In this document: positions 25,701-37,700 of the stretch, one piece after another
Layout: every line of letters starts with the position of its first letter
Numbering within the stretch: the first letter of the stretch is position 1
NCBI GenBank assembly: GCA_002633005.1
Contig: NMRA01000032.1
Span: 662,911-726,626 of the forward strand
Length of the DNA stretch: 63,716 nucleotides
Reading direction: 5' to 3'
Origin: Phoronis australis
Taxonomy: Eukaryota > Animalia > Phoronida
Program-made: the position numbers and the translations under genes
Notes under the pieces: generated by a model
The model's input: the letters and a program-made list of their open reading frames with translations, nothing else
What the model was told of the DNA's origin: nothing
The model's database searches: none

Positions 25701-28700
25701 TGGGACTGGTATTCCATGACCAGAGCTTGCCAGTCCTGCAAGGATTGCTACTAGAATGATGTTGTCCATGTCTGGGTGACGAAATGTATAGGTCTATTAA
25801 ATAGGTAGAGATTTACCACCACAAGCTGATAAGTCTTGCTTTAATCTACAACGTTATTTAGAGTGGAGATAACAATTGAAGTTCAATTTTCTAGAAAATG
25901 TTTGATTCATTGATTTTGTGTAACTTGTGTTGTATAATGTTTTGGAAACAATCTTTTCAATAACGCCATAGTTTATTTCTTTAACTTGGGTGGCCATAAC
26001 AAATTAGAAAATGCGTTTTATCAAAAAAACTGCCAATCGATGTCCAGTTTGAAAATTCATTAATCACTATTTGTCAGTGTTGTCACTGCTAAATGTTCAG
26101 CGTGAATGCTGACATGTCAAAGGTTGCCATAACAAAGGTTAAAGGACAGTTTGTTAGGTAATCCTAAGTGTTATTTTGCTCCTCTGGTAGTGTTAGAAAC
26201 TCAAACATTACGCTGCAAGCCAGTGTACATCAGTAGACTTTATGGAGATTATAGCAGAACTTTTAAGCTGTGAAATTGTGTTGAATATTGGGTTTGATCC
26301 AACATTGAGTAATTACGAGAACTGTTCTAACAAATTTTAAAAAGTTTGGTAAGAAGTAACTTAACTCATATAATAATTTAAAATGTTGTCTTAACACTTA
26401 TTGTCATAAGACTTTGTCTTACGGGAGTTTTATTTTTAAGTGTTCAACTCTCAAATCACTGTGCATGTAAAACTGGGATTAATTCATACTTTTGCCTTCG
26501 CACAGCACTGTGTAAATGTGTGACTTTGCACTTAGAAGATTTTTTAAAGTAGTTTATCTTGTTTTGACTATTTGATTCCTCTGGCGGTTCCACAATCTTT
26601 GAGCCTTTCTTAGCCATGTCACTTAACACAATCCTGTACTCGAGTTCCCAAAAACAAGAAAGATTAGAGAATTTTACTAAATTTATTGGCATGCCAGTCC
26701 TGATCATGTACTATGGTGATTTTGACATCGCATCCAGTTACTTTGATCACCTGTTCTCCTTTGTGCATCTGGAAGTAGTATGTGCAGGGAATCTCTCGAC
26801 AAGCGAAAAGTGCATTTTCTTGGTATTATACAGAAATTATGACCTTTACAAGACTAGCTGAATAGCTGGCCAGATCTGTCAATAAACAGACAGTTTTTGG
26901 TCAACATTTAGTGCCAAATTTATTTGCTGTGCCAATATGGAATGAGAGTTTTGAGTCCTGAAAAGCAAGCTTTAATTTACAGATGACTAGTTGGTGACCA
27001 AACTGAGTACTAACTAGATTTCCTGTCTGGCTTGCCTGGCAATTGGGCTTTTGAGGTTTAGATATGTCCCTGTATCTGCTTTTTCCCAGTGGAAGGATCG
27101 AGCTAAATGGCTCCACTACTTTTATGCTTTATATAACGTTGGCGGTCCTCACAAATTTTCTGTAAACCAATTTGGAAGATTTGAGCCCAGCTTACCTTGA
27201 CCACGTGCACTTATTATTTTTAACTGATTATTTGAAAAGTATACATGATGTCACATTTTCTTGTTCGGCAGTGATAATAAGAAAAATGGATTTTACTGGA
27301 CTTATGTGGAAAATTTACTTGCTAATGTAATGTTCATTTATATGGGAATATTGAATGAGGTTGAGTTAAGGAGACTAATCAATGACTTGCTATGCTATTT
27401 CATTGGTTGTCTTCTTGTTGATATCGTTAAAGAGTGTTGAGTGAAATTCAGTTTTGTCCCATTTCATTTTTTATGCACACACACACGTAGTTATGTCATC
27501 GCATTATCAAGAATATTCAGCTGAACACACGTGCAAATTACAAATAGTTTGTTCAGTTTGTTGAAAGTTGTAGCTTTAACAGAAGAATATTCAGCTGAAC
27601 ACACGTGCAAATTACTAATAATTTGTTCAGTTTGTTGGAAGTTGTAGTTTTAACAGAAGACTCATACTTCATTTTTACATAGTTTATCTTATGCAGTACA
27701 TAAATGTTACCATTTGTACTGTAGTTGAGTACCAGTCGGCCTATATATATTAGGCACAATTGTGTAATTAATTAATGAGGCTCCAAGTCAATGGTCAAGT
27801 GACCCTAGGTCTTAACCCCATAGTGAAACTGCTTTGACCGTTGGCACAATTCCACTGTTGTGTTATTTTTGTGTGCCTTCAAAAATTCTTGAGCATTAAA
27901 AGTCGATTTATCCCAGTAATTCATGTCCTGTCATATAGATCACAAATGTTACATTGTGCCTGACAGGTCTTAAAACATGTGTTTGCAAGCTGGACTCCTT
28001 CAGACAGGGTGATCTTAACTCGGGGAGTGTTCTCAGGATGCATTTCATAATTGCAGTGCAGCTTCCTATACTTAATCATTCCGCATGCTGTTCACATCAG
28101 GGCATCGTACTGTCAGATTTTTGCTGAAGTCGAGCTGTCTTATAACTGCTTCCATTTAATCATCATTTCCGCATAAAAAAAGTTCATTGTTGTTACTCTA
28201 GCGTTGTGAACCTCAACCTGTGCTTCTTGTGTATTCTAGCTTGTCTTTACACACAGTATATCAGAATACGACACCTAGTTCACTATAGTCATTTTTAAGC
28301 ATGCCCTTTACCTTCTGTTACTGGAGACTATTGTGAGGTCAAAGAGTAACATACTGGTAAAAATATTTGGGTTAGCGCAGGAAATAAGTGAAGAGTTACC
28401 ACAATGTTGGTTCAAAGAAATCAATGCAAAACAAAACTGCAAACTTGTCTCTTGTCTGAACTGCACTATAGCAAGGTCAAAGTGAAACCAAAAATGGAAC
28501 ATGCAGTCTGGGGAGAATTAACAATGCATAAAATATTCTATGTCGTGGTATTTTGTTTTGACATTTTTCCATGTATTCTCTAAGCTCTACTTTCTTAATG
28601 GTGATGTTTAATGTATTACAGAATTCAGTTTCCTAAAATCTGAAACTTGAAGTAACAGCATCGCAAATATTGAAAAATCGACTATGACTGTTTTATTTTC

Positions 28701-31700
28701 AGGCATTGATGACAATTGTTTTTTATGGTTGTTTTTTTTAATGAAAAATGGTGTGCCCTCAATTTTCACGTTTTAACTAAATGCAGATTTTTCAAGTTTT
28801 GTGGCCCTTATAATTTTCATATTGGAGCTCTATTTGTCAACAATTCCATTGAAATGTGAAAAACTCATCATGGAGAATATATTGTTTTAGTACGCTAATT
28901 GTAAAGGACCTCAACCTTTGCACCTGTGCGACAATGGCAATAGCAACTATGGTGAACATAAACTGACTGAATTTTTAGGAACTATCGCTTGGGAGTGTGA
29001 GAGTTTGTGAATTTTTTGATACAAAAACAGAGTACCATTATCTGACTTAGCTTTACTCATTAACAGTCACTTATTGAAATTGGCGTTTTTCAACCTGTTG
29101 ACAATTAGAGTGTAAATATGATTCTTGTTCTGTTCCAAGGGTCCAGACAGATATTTCACACAGTCAAGCCCAAAAGAACTACACATTTAGTCACCCCAAG
29201 CTACAGAAGTTGCTGGAAGTAGTTCTTGGACACTTTGCGCAGTTTGAAAAAGGTGAGATCACTACATCTAGTACTTAATTCAGTAGCATGCAATTGGTAG
29301 GAAGCAATTGGCAGCAGCTATTTTGTCGGGGACAGGGTGGGGGGAGCCAAATAGACTGGTCATTCAGAGTTTCCTGTTTTGTGTACTTTGGCAGTAAGAG
29401 ACTCTTGAGACTGGCTGATGATGTATGATCTGTTGAAAAGTGATTGGCCATCCTTAGAAAGCAAATTAGCATGTCTCGTATCTTTGAAAAGCATTCATAA
29501 AATCATTGATAAATAAATGTCTTGTAACAAGAAATAGTCCTGGTATAATAAAGCTGATGTTTGACTGCTTTGTGATTCATGTGAATACATTTTATTACCT
29601 TTGCTTGTTGTGCACACAACACAAAAATGACTGAAATCCGTCTTGTGTTCAAGACGCTTTCAGCCAAGGAAAAGGACTAAAAATGTTATAATTTTCAAAT
29701 GTGTGGTTTTTACCTTATTCAACAAAACTACTTTGCCAGCTCTTCTCATCTATTTTGCAATGGTCCGTTTCATAAAAAGTGATTAAAAAGACAAGACAGA
29801 AATTTGGTGTCGCTCTCCCACTTCTCAGTTGCTCGATATAGTTTTAGCCAAGTGACAGTGAACACATTACAGTCTGGTAATGATTCATAGAAATTATCTC
29901 AGTAATTAACATTTATGTGTACATTCTCTGTGACTCTCATTTTTGCTCAAGTGAAATCGATCATTTTTCAGAAATAGTTGTGTGGAGTGTAAGATCAAAT
30001 TTTTTACTTTTGTCTGACTTTCATTTCATGACAAAATTAACGTTTGTTTTTAAGAAGGTGAGCAAACTCGTATCATGGTGTTTTCACAATACCGCGAAAG
30101 CGTCAACGAAATCACCGAGATGTTGAGTATGCACCAGCCAATGGTCAAGGTGATGAGTTTTGTGGGACAGTCGACCACTGGAAAGTCAAGTAAGGGCTTC
30201 ACGCAGAAAGAACAATTACAGGTGAGATGTGCTGAGTTTTTGAAGTCGCCTATGTTGCAATAGATATCTTCGTCTCACACTTGTACAAAAGGTTGCTGAG
30301 AAGTCCTTTGGGCAGACTTTGGACAGCATTCCTTTTTTTACGCTGTCGTTTTTGAGCAGTTTATTCAGGACGTAAATATTCATTTGTCTTCAAAACATCT
30401 CGCAAAGACTCCAGGCAGTCATGCTCAATTTGCAACAAGAATTCATTAGACCATTGTGTCAGCAACAATATTGTGTCAATTTCATGAACTTTGAAGACAG
30501 TTTAACATGCCAGAAGTACCAATTTTGAGCTTTGGCCGGGCATGATGCAAAGATGTATTAAAAATTTTTGTTATTTCAGAACGTATTCTTTTATTGGACA
30601 CAGCATGAAACCCATCATATTTTGTGCTCACTTTGTGTACATGCAATATCTCTTTAAGAAATTTACCTCTCTGTGTGTAGTTTTGCTCACAGTATGAATT
30701 CATCTGACGTGCTCTTAAACACTAAATGCTGTTGGTAACACTGAACTGATGGTGGAATCTCTACATCATTTCTAGGAACACTTAGTGATCTTGACTTGAT
30801 CAACCACTTCCTGCTCTGCCTTTATTTTTCTGACTTATCTCGGTACTTTACATGGCGTCAGGAAATCGAATTTCATCTGTGACATTCTTTGATGATATTA
30901 ACAGAACTTGAGTTTTAACATGTTATCTAAAACCACGGAAGCATCATTTCTTCTGTCAGTATTTTGAAAACTTGTTTAAATTGAATTTCATTGGGATTGA
31001 CTTGCATACCATTATGGGCTAGGAGGGGATAACTAGTCCAAACACAGTGGCTTAGAATTTTGCGGAGGGTTGTAAATTATGGGTGTCATTCACATACCTT
31101 TGGCATTTTGGAACTATCATACTAGGTCAGTGAAAGCAGTTCTTTGTTAACCATGTAACTAACCACAGCTAAACAATGGGTTTATGGTGCTGGCTGAGAA
31201 TATAATTGGTTTATTACCCTCTATGGAGTCTGGATAGCAGAGCCCAACTGACAGCTCGGCATATGGCTTACTGTGACTGACCTTCACTGTGTGCAGGTGA
31301 TGAAGCAGTTTCGTATGGGTGGCTACAACACGCTGGTTGCCACATGTGTTGGGGAGGAAGGGTTGGACATTGGCGACGTCGACCTGATCGTCTGTTTCGA
31401 CGCCTCTAAGAGCCCCATACGACTTGTGCAGCGGATGGGTCGGACAGGAAGGAAACGTGCGGGACGGATAGTGATGCTGGTCACCGAGGGAAAGGAGGAG
31501 CAGGTGGACTGTGTTGTTGTTGTTGTTGTTGTTTTGTTATTTAGCATTAGCACCATTACTTAATTGTGATTTAGTCTTGTTAAGAGCCCCACGCACAGTG
31601 CAGCGGTGGCAGCGGCCCCACACATGTTGCATATTTACAAGGCAGAGTCTATACCACATTACACTTGTTCGTTGGTCATGATGCAGATTTATAACCTGGG

Positions 31701-34700
31701 CCAGTACCACAAAACACAATGTTCATCACTCATACTGTTGGCTTAGAACCAAAGATAGTACCACATAACACATCTTGATCACTCAACGTGCAGATTTGCA
31801 GCCAGAGCCAGTACCACATAACTAAATGTTCATCACTGTAGGTTTACAACTGGAGATATCCCGACACATGATCATCATTCATCTTACACATTTACAACCA
31901 GAGCCAGTACTCCATAACACAATGTTCTTCACTTATCCTGCAGGTTTACAACTAGAGCCAGTACTCCATAACACAATGTTCATCACTTATCCTGCAGGTT
32001 TGCAACTAGAGCCAGTACTCCATAACACAATGTTCATCACTTATCCTGCAGGTTTATGACACCGGAGTTGGCAAAACACAATGTCATGCTCATTATTCGT
32101 CTTAAGACATTTACATTCAGAACCAGAACAACATAACACAATGTTAACCACTCATTCTGCAAATTTACAAGTTACTGGAGACGGCAAAACACGTGTTCAT
32201 CATTCGCCATACACAATCATTTACATTCAGATCCAGTATCTCATAGCACTTGTGCATTACTTCTACAGCTTTACAACCAGAGTCAGTATAGTAAGAAGAG
32301 TATTCACAAGGCCATTATGAACGGAGCCAAGTCGCTGCAGTTCTACAAGCAAAACCCACGCATGGTACCCCTAGGTCTGGCCCCGCAGCCTCACAAGATG
32401 TACATCACAGTAAAGAACAAGTTTCAGGCTGCTACAAAAACAAGGAAGGGAGAAGACGGTGTGGTGCCACTGGAGGGTGTGGCAGGTAGGCTGGGGTTCA
32501 TTGTTGCTTTGGGTGTAACACATGTCATCTTGTATGTTACTGTAAATTTTTAGTTGTATTTTGTTTGTGAGAATTTAAAGCAGGCGACTGTGAAGAGACA
32601 GAACAAGAGGCATTTGGCTGTTTGAAAAGCATATTTGGATTCTGTTAATTGAAGCCACCTTCCATCACAGAAACTAGCTGTTATGAAAGTGGTCTCAAAT
32701 AGTTCCTTAATCCGATTTATCGGAGATGATCTCCGGGATTTAAAAGAACTGACATTTCATTATTGCTTGAGACCAGCTCTACGAGTTGGCTTGTCGCAGC
32801 GTCATTTTCTGCACTGAGCATGGTGTCAAGTTGTTTGAAAACACAGAAATCACTTGTTGTTTGGATGAAGAGACCATTTTTTAGTATCATTGGTCAAAAT
32901 CAAAAGTTCACATCATGGACAGAGCTCCAATTTACAGTCACTATAAACAAAAAAATTCTCTTTATCAGTAAAATGCCTTTATCTAACTTTGGTTTTACAT
33001 TGATGAACTACAGTACAAGTCAAAATTATTCAGACAAAATCACCAGGAATTTCCCCTCCTGACGACAGGACAGAAGCCCAATTCATTATCAGAGTAGCCC
33101 TCATGACCGAGAATGAGTGGGAATTAACAAGAAAATTGTTATAATAAGATGGCTAAGCTATTATTTGCCCCCAAAGTAATTACCAACCATTTTTATGCGC
33201 CCACATATTTAAACGTGGTCGCATATTGCCGTCATCTCTGTCTGGCTGTTTGGCGTCCGCAGCTGTATCTCCTAAACCTCTCGCAGGATCTTAATGAGAT
33301 TTGACAGATGTGTTCCCCTGAAGGTGATAACGAACTTCGGACCTCTCTGACTACTGGTATGCCCCCTAGTGGAAATTTTTTTTTATGCTTACCTCTGTAG
33401 ATTTGGAGGTACTCAATGGATTTACATAAAATTTGGTACCTAGACATCTATTAGTGAGATGATGCCAACCTCCCATTTTCGGATGGATTCACGGTATTTT
33501 GTGCCACCTAGTGTCCATTTTACTGTTTTCGTGTTTGTTTTTTGGCGTCCGCCGTTCAATCAACCAAACCGCTTTAGGGATGATTTTGAAAATGGGCATG
33601 TTCTTACTGTGAAGAGGGCGGCTGACGATGATTTTCTGATGACTTGGAATACTATGGCACCTCCTAGTGGCAGTTTTGTTTGTTTTTGCGCCCATGGCTG
33701 TATCTCCTAAGTGCTCTACAGGATCTTTATTGAGTTTTGCTCGTGTTTTTAACATATGAAGTTGACCACAGACCATGATGACTTTTGCACGGATCGGGCT
33801 ACCGATGTGCCCCCTAGTGGCAATTTTAGTTTTTTACGTTTACCTCCATATCTTAAAGGGTAGTCGATGGATTTTCATAAAATTTGGCATTTAGGCATCT
33901 ATTAGTGAGGTGACACTATCATCTGGTTTTCGGTAAAATTCGAGACGTTTTGTGCCACCTTGTGGCCATTTGTACTGTTTTTCGAGTCTTAGTATTTTGC
34001 ATCTGCCCCTCTGTCAATCAAACCACTCTAAGGATGGTTGTGGAAATTGGCATTTATGTTCCTAATACGAAGAGGAAGTCTGATGATGATTTTCCGACAA
34101 CTTTGTTTACTTAGTGGCAATTATGTTTTTTGCGCTTATACCCTCTTAGTGGCAATTTCATTTTTTCATTTTCCTCTGTTTTCGCAGAAGTTCCTTGATG
34201 GATTTTTATGAAATTTGGTAAATAGCTTTGATGACACCTACAAGTTCTCGGATGGATTCGACATATTTTGCGCCATCTAGTTGCCATTTTCATGTTCCAA
34301 ATAAACACCCTTAGAAGCACACCGTTAGCGGGCGCATTTCAATGTTCTGCATTGCTCTTGTTTTTAATTTTATCCACTTTGGATGGCAAGTCAATTTATC
34401 TTGCTCACGACTGACTAAAACTGGTAATAACAGGACACACATTTAAAAGTGATTAGTGTTCCTTTTTTTCAGCCAGAAAGACTAAGAGTGCACCTTCTGA
34501 TGGGTTCTTAACTGAGGAAGAGCTGTTGTATTGGGACGAACACTTTAAAGTGGATGAGCGAGATGTAAAAGTGCTGCCTGTCACACGTTTACTCAGCTTG
34601 ATGTCCAGTAAACAGGTAAATACCAGGTTACAGTGTTTTAGTTGAGATCGCTGTGAGGGTGTAGTGAGGCGCATCCATCTAATTATAAGGTAATTTTTAA

Positions 34701-37700
34701 AAGAAAGTTCTACTTGAGTGTTCCTTGTATGTGTCCCTTACTCCTTGGGTCTTCACTTACATACTTGGGTCACTTTTCCCTTACAAAGGCTGTGCTAGTC
34801 AAAAATAACCAACTTCAGAGTAAAATAAACTAAGAGTGGAATCATTAATTATGCCAAAAATAACTCCTAGGAGCTCCATTCTGACCTCAGTACTATAGAA
34901 AACAAGAAATGTCAATTTCCCTTCTTTCGCTAATTGATTTTTTCATGACTTGCAAAATTAAAGCATTTGTCTTGTGCCCCCTCATCCCCACCCCCTCCCC
35001 CTCTTCACCACCCCCTCACCTCCCCCCTCAGTCCCAAATGCAATCTTTCTTTCTCTACCAGTGACGCTTTGATAATATACTTAAATTTTATTGTCACAGG
35101 AGAACCAGCTGCCAACGAATTCCCAAGGAGCCAGAACCTTATCATTGGCTGACTGGACACCTTGGCAGAACCGTCTACAACCGGCTCACTTTACTGGCCA
35201 TTCCATGCGCTCCCGCCACCTAGTGGAATTGATGGAATTCATGGAACTGCAGGGTATGGCCTTAATATGTGCCTTGCTTGAATAGATGGGTGTGTCGTTA
35301 GCTATGTGGCGAAATTTTACTGGTCACAAAAATTAATGTCCGCGCTTCTCACACAGGATAGGCTATGTTTTGCCCAATTGATAAAAAATTTGCTCACTGC
35401 TTGAGATCTCATGAATGTCTCTTGACAAGATCGTGTTGCTTTTTGTTCTCAGTGGAAGAAATTTCTAAATTTTTATGTGTTGGAAGATGCTGTCAAAAGC
35501 TAAATTTTTGCGGTTAAGCGTTATAATTTATCTTTCTGAGCATATTCAAGATTTTTTCATTTTTTTTGATTTGTCACTTCTGGCTTATACGGTATCTATA
35601 AATTAGCCGTGATTTGCATGCCATTTACTGAGACATGCAGTTCGCATATGAGACCTTTTGGTGGTGAACTTTGTGAGGTTTTATGTTTTTGCCTCTCAGA
35701 TTCCTGGTACCTTACCTGGTCAAATTTGTTTGTTTCTCTTTAAACTCTAATTCAAGCTATTACTGACAAGGGAGACATAAAATCACTCCCAGTGCATGAA
35801 TTTGTTTTGATTTGTAAGCGAATTAGGGAAACGTTGTCTTTGTAAAACTTTCTTGTTTGAATTCAGCTTTAGTACTGTTAAGTAAGACTCATGATCTTGT
35901 TTTGTTTTAGATACTATTGGGGACGCTGAAGATCACTACGGGATGGAAATGGCCATGTATTTGAACAAGGATGATGTGGCATGCAACAACAGCACCATAT
36001 TAAAGTATTGCTCTAAGGAGTTCACAACAACCACTGATAAAGAAAGGATTTCTCATACCAATAAAATTTCATCAAAAGAAAGTGTTTTACCAGCTGCGAG
36101 AGATGACGATGATCAACGGCAAAAGAAGCGTTTTGTGGCCAGAAGAAGTGACATGTTACCTGTGATTTCAGATGATGAAGATGAATGGGATTGTGATGAA
36201 CCACTTGAGTCAGACGTGAATGTCATATGCAAAGTGAGGGAGGACGCAGCTGAAATGAATGAGATCTATGCTGTAGATGACAATAGCAAATCGGAAGCTA
36301 CACGTCGTATAAATGATCTCATTGAAGTTTGTGATGTTGATTCTGGTGCATGTAAGGCGAGGTCTAAAACCAAAGAATCTTTGAAAACAAGTATGAAGAC
36401 AGACTCAGTAGCTCAGTCAAAAGCACAGTCAGATGGAGGTTCATCCACTTTAAACTCAGTATTATCAAACAATTCTAAAGTTCTCGTAACATTAAAATCA
36501 AAGCCAGGTAATGATACTTTTTCCCGGTTGTTCCCTGTTGTTCAAAAACAAGTTTCTAAAAGCCCGCGAACTGCGGCGAGTAGAGACTTGGCTCTCAACA
36601 TTGTGGCTTCCAGCGATGACGACGGTGTAGGCGATGCTTCTCCACAGAATTCTCCTGTGTTTGAAAAGAGGGTGGAGACATTTGTGGATTACGTCATCAG
36701 ATGCGCCCCGTCAGCAGACGACTTTAGTGATCTTGACAAATTGGATAGTATGTTTTCTGACAGCAACCCAAAGTTAGATTCAAATGACCTTTTGACCTTG
36801 ATCTGTGACTGGAAACGGGAAGTGTGTATGCAAGAAATGTTGTGTCGCGTAAAAAGAACAGAGGAAGTCAAGATTGATGATAGTGACGTACGAGGCAACT
36901 GTTTTTCTAATGGTAGTTGTGAAACGTCATTTGTTGGACAAGAAGCCAAACTAAAAGTGTGGGCATCCGCTTCAAAAACAAGACCTGATATATCTGATGA
37001 GGACGATAAACTAGACTTCTGTTGTCCACCCTCACCCGTATTTCAAAAGTTTACACAGGATGGCCATGCAAGTCCACAACAGGTGTTGTTATCACCAGTT
37101 TTTGAGAAGACATCTCAGGATTGTAGCACTAAGGTAGTTCCCATTGCCTTTGACAACAAATTTGAAGAAAGAAAAGAAAGAAATGATTATAGAGATGAGT
37201 TTGAGTCAGAAGTCCCACAAGATGACAGGGTTAAGAATATTGCCATACCTCAAGAACATCACAAGCAGCCAGAAGTGGGGATATGTAGTGACAGTTTGAT
37301 GGTAAAAACTAGCACACCTGTTGGCAAAAAGAGGATAAGTTTGTGTAACCCTTCAGTAAGTCCGTTCATTCCTGCTGCACCTGAAAATTGGATAAAAGCA
37401 CCAATACCATTGAACCCGTTGCAAAAATCGATTGAAGATAGTGTCAGTAATAAAACTTTGCCTTGTCAAGAAACACACAAGCCATCGGTGATCAATGGTG
37501 GTGAATCTGATTTTTTGTTGTCGTTAAACATGAGTGACTTTGATAAAACATCATTCAGTACACAGATTGGCTTCAGCCAAGCTTTGGCTATGCTGCATCA
37601 ATCCCCTGATGACAGGGATGATCGCAGGAATGTGAGTGCTTCTGTGAGAGAATTAAAGCGTTCTGTTTTATCAGATGACAATGCACACGGTAGTTCCCGT

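Noticed and set aside
25245-25754. 169-aa Cys-rich repetitive + strand ORF
   Set aside because: Antisense shadow of the coiled-coil repeat exon of gene B.
13507-25769. Annotating the nested genes as true neurexin or CNTNAP orthologues
   Set aside because: No discoidin, LamG, EGF or transmembrane exons are visible, and both genes stop directly after the fibrinogen-like domain.
31826-32059. Regular repeats and a 77-aa repetitive ORF resembling a CRISPR array or repeat protein
   Set aside because: Units are head-to-tail 54-mers with no unique spacers, there are no cas genes, and the context is a eukaryotic intron; the ORF is a by-product of a unit length divisible by 3.
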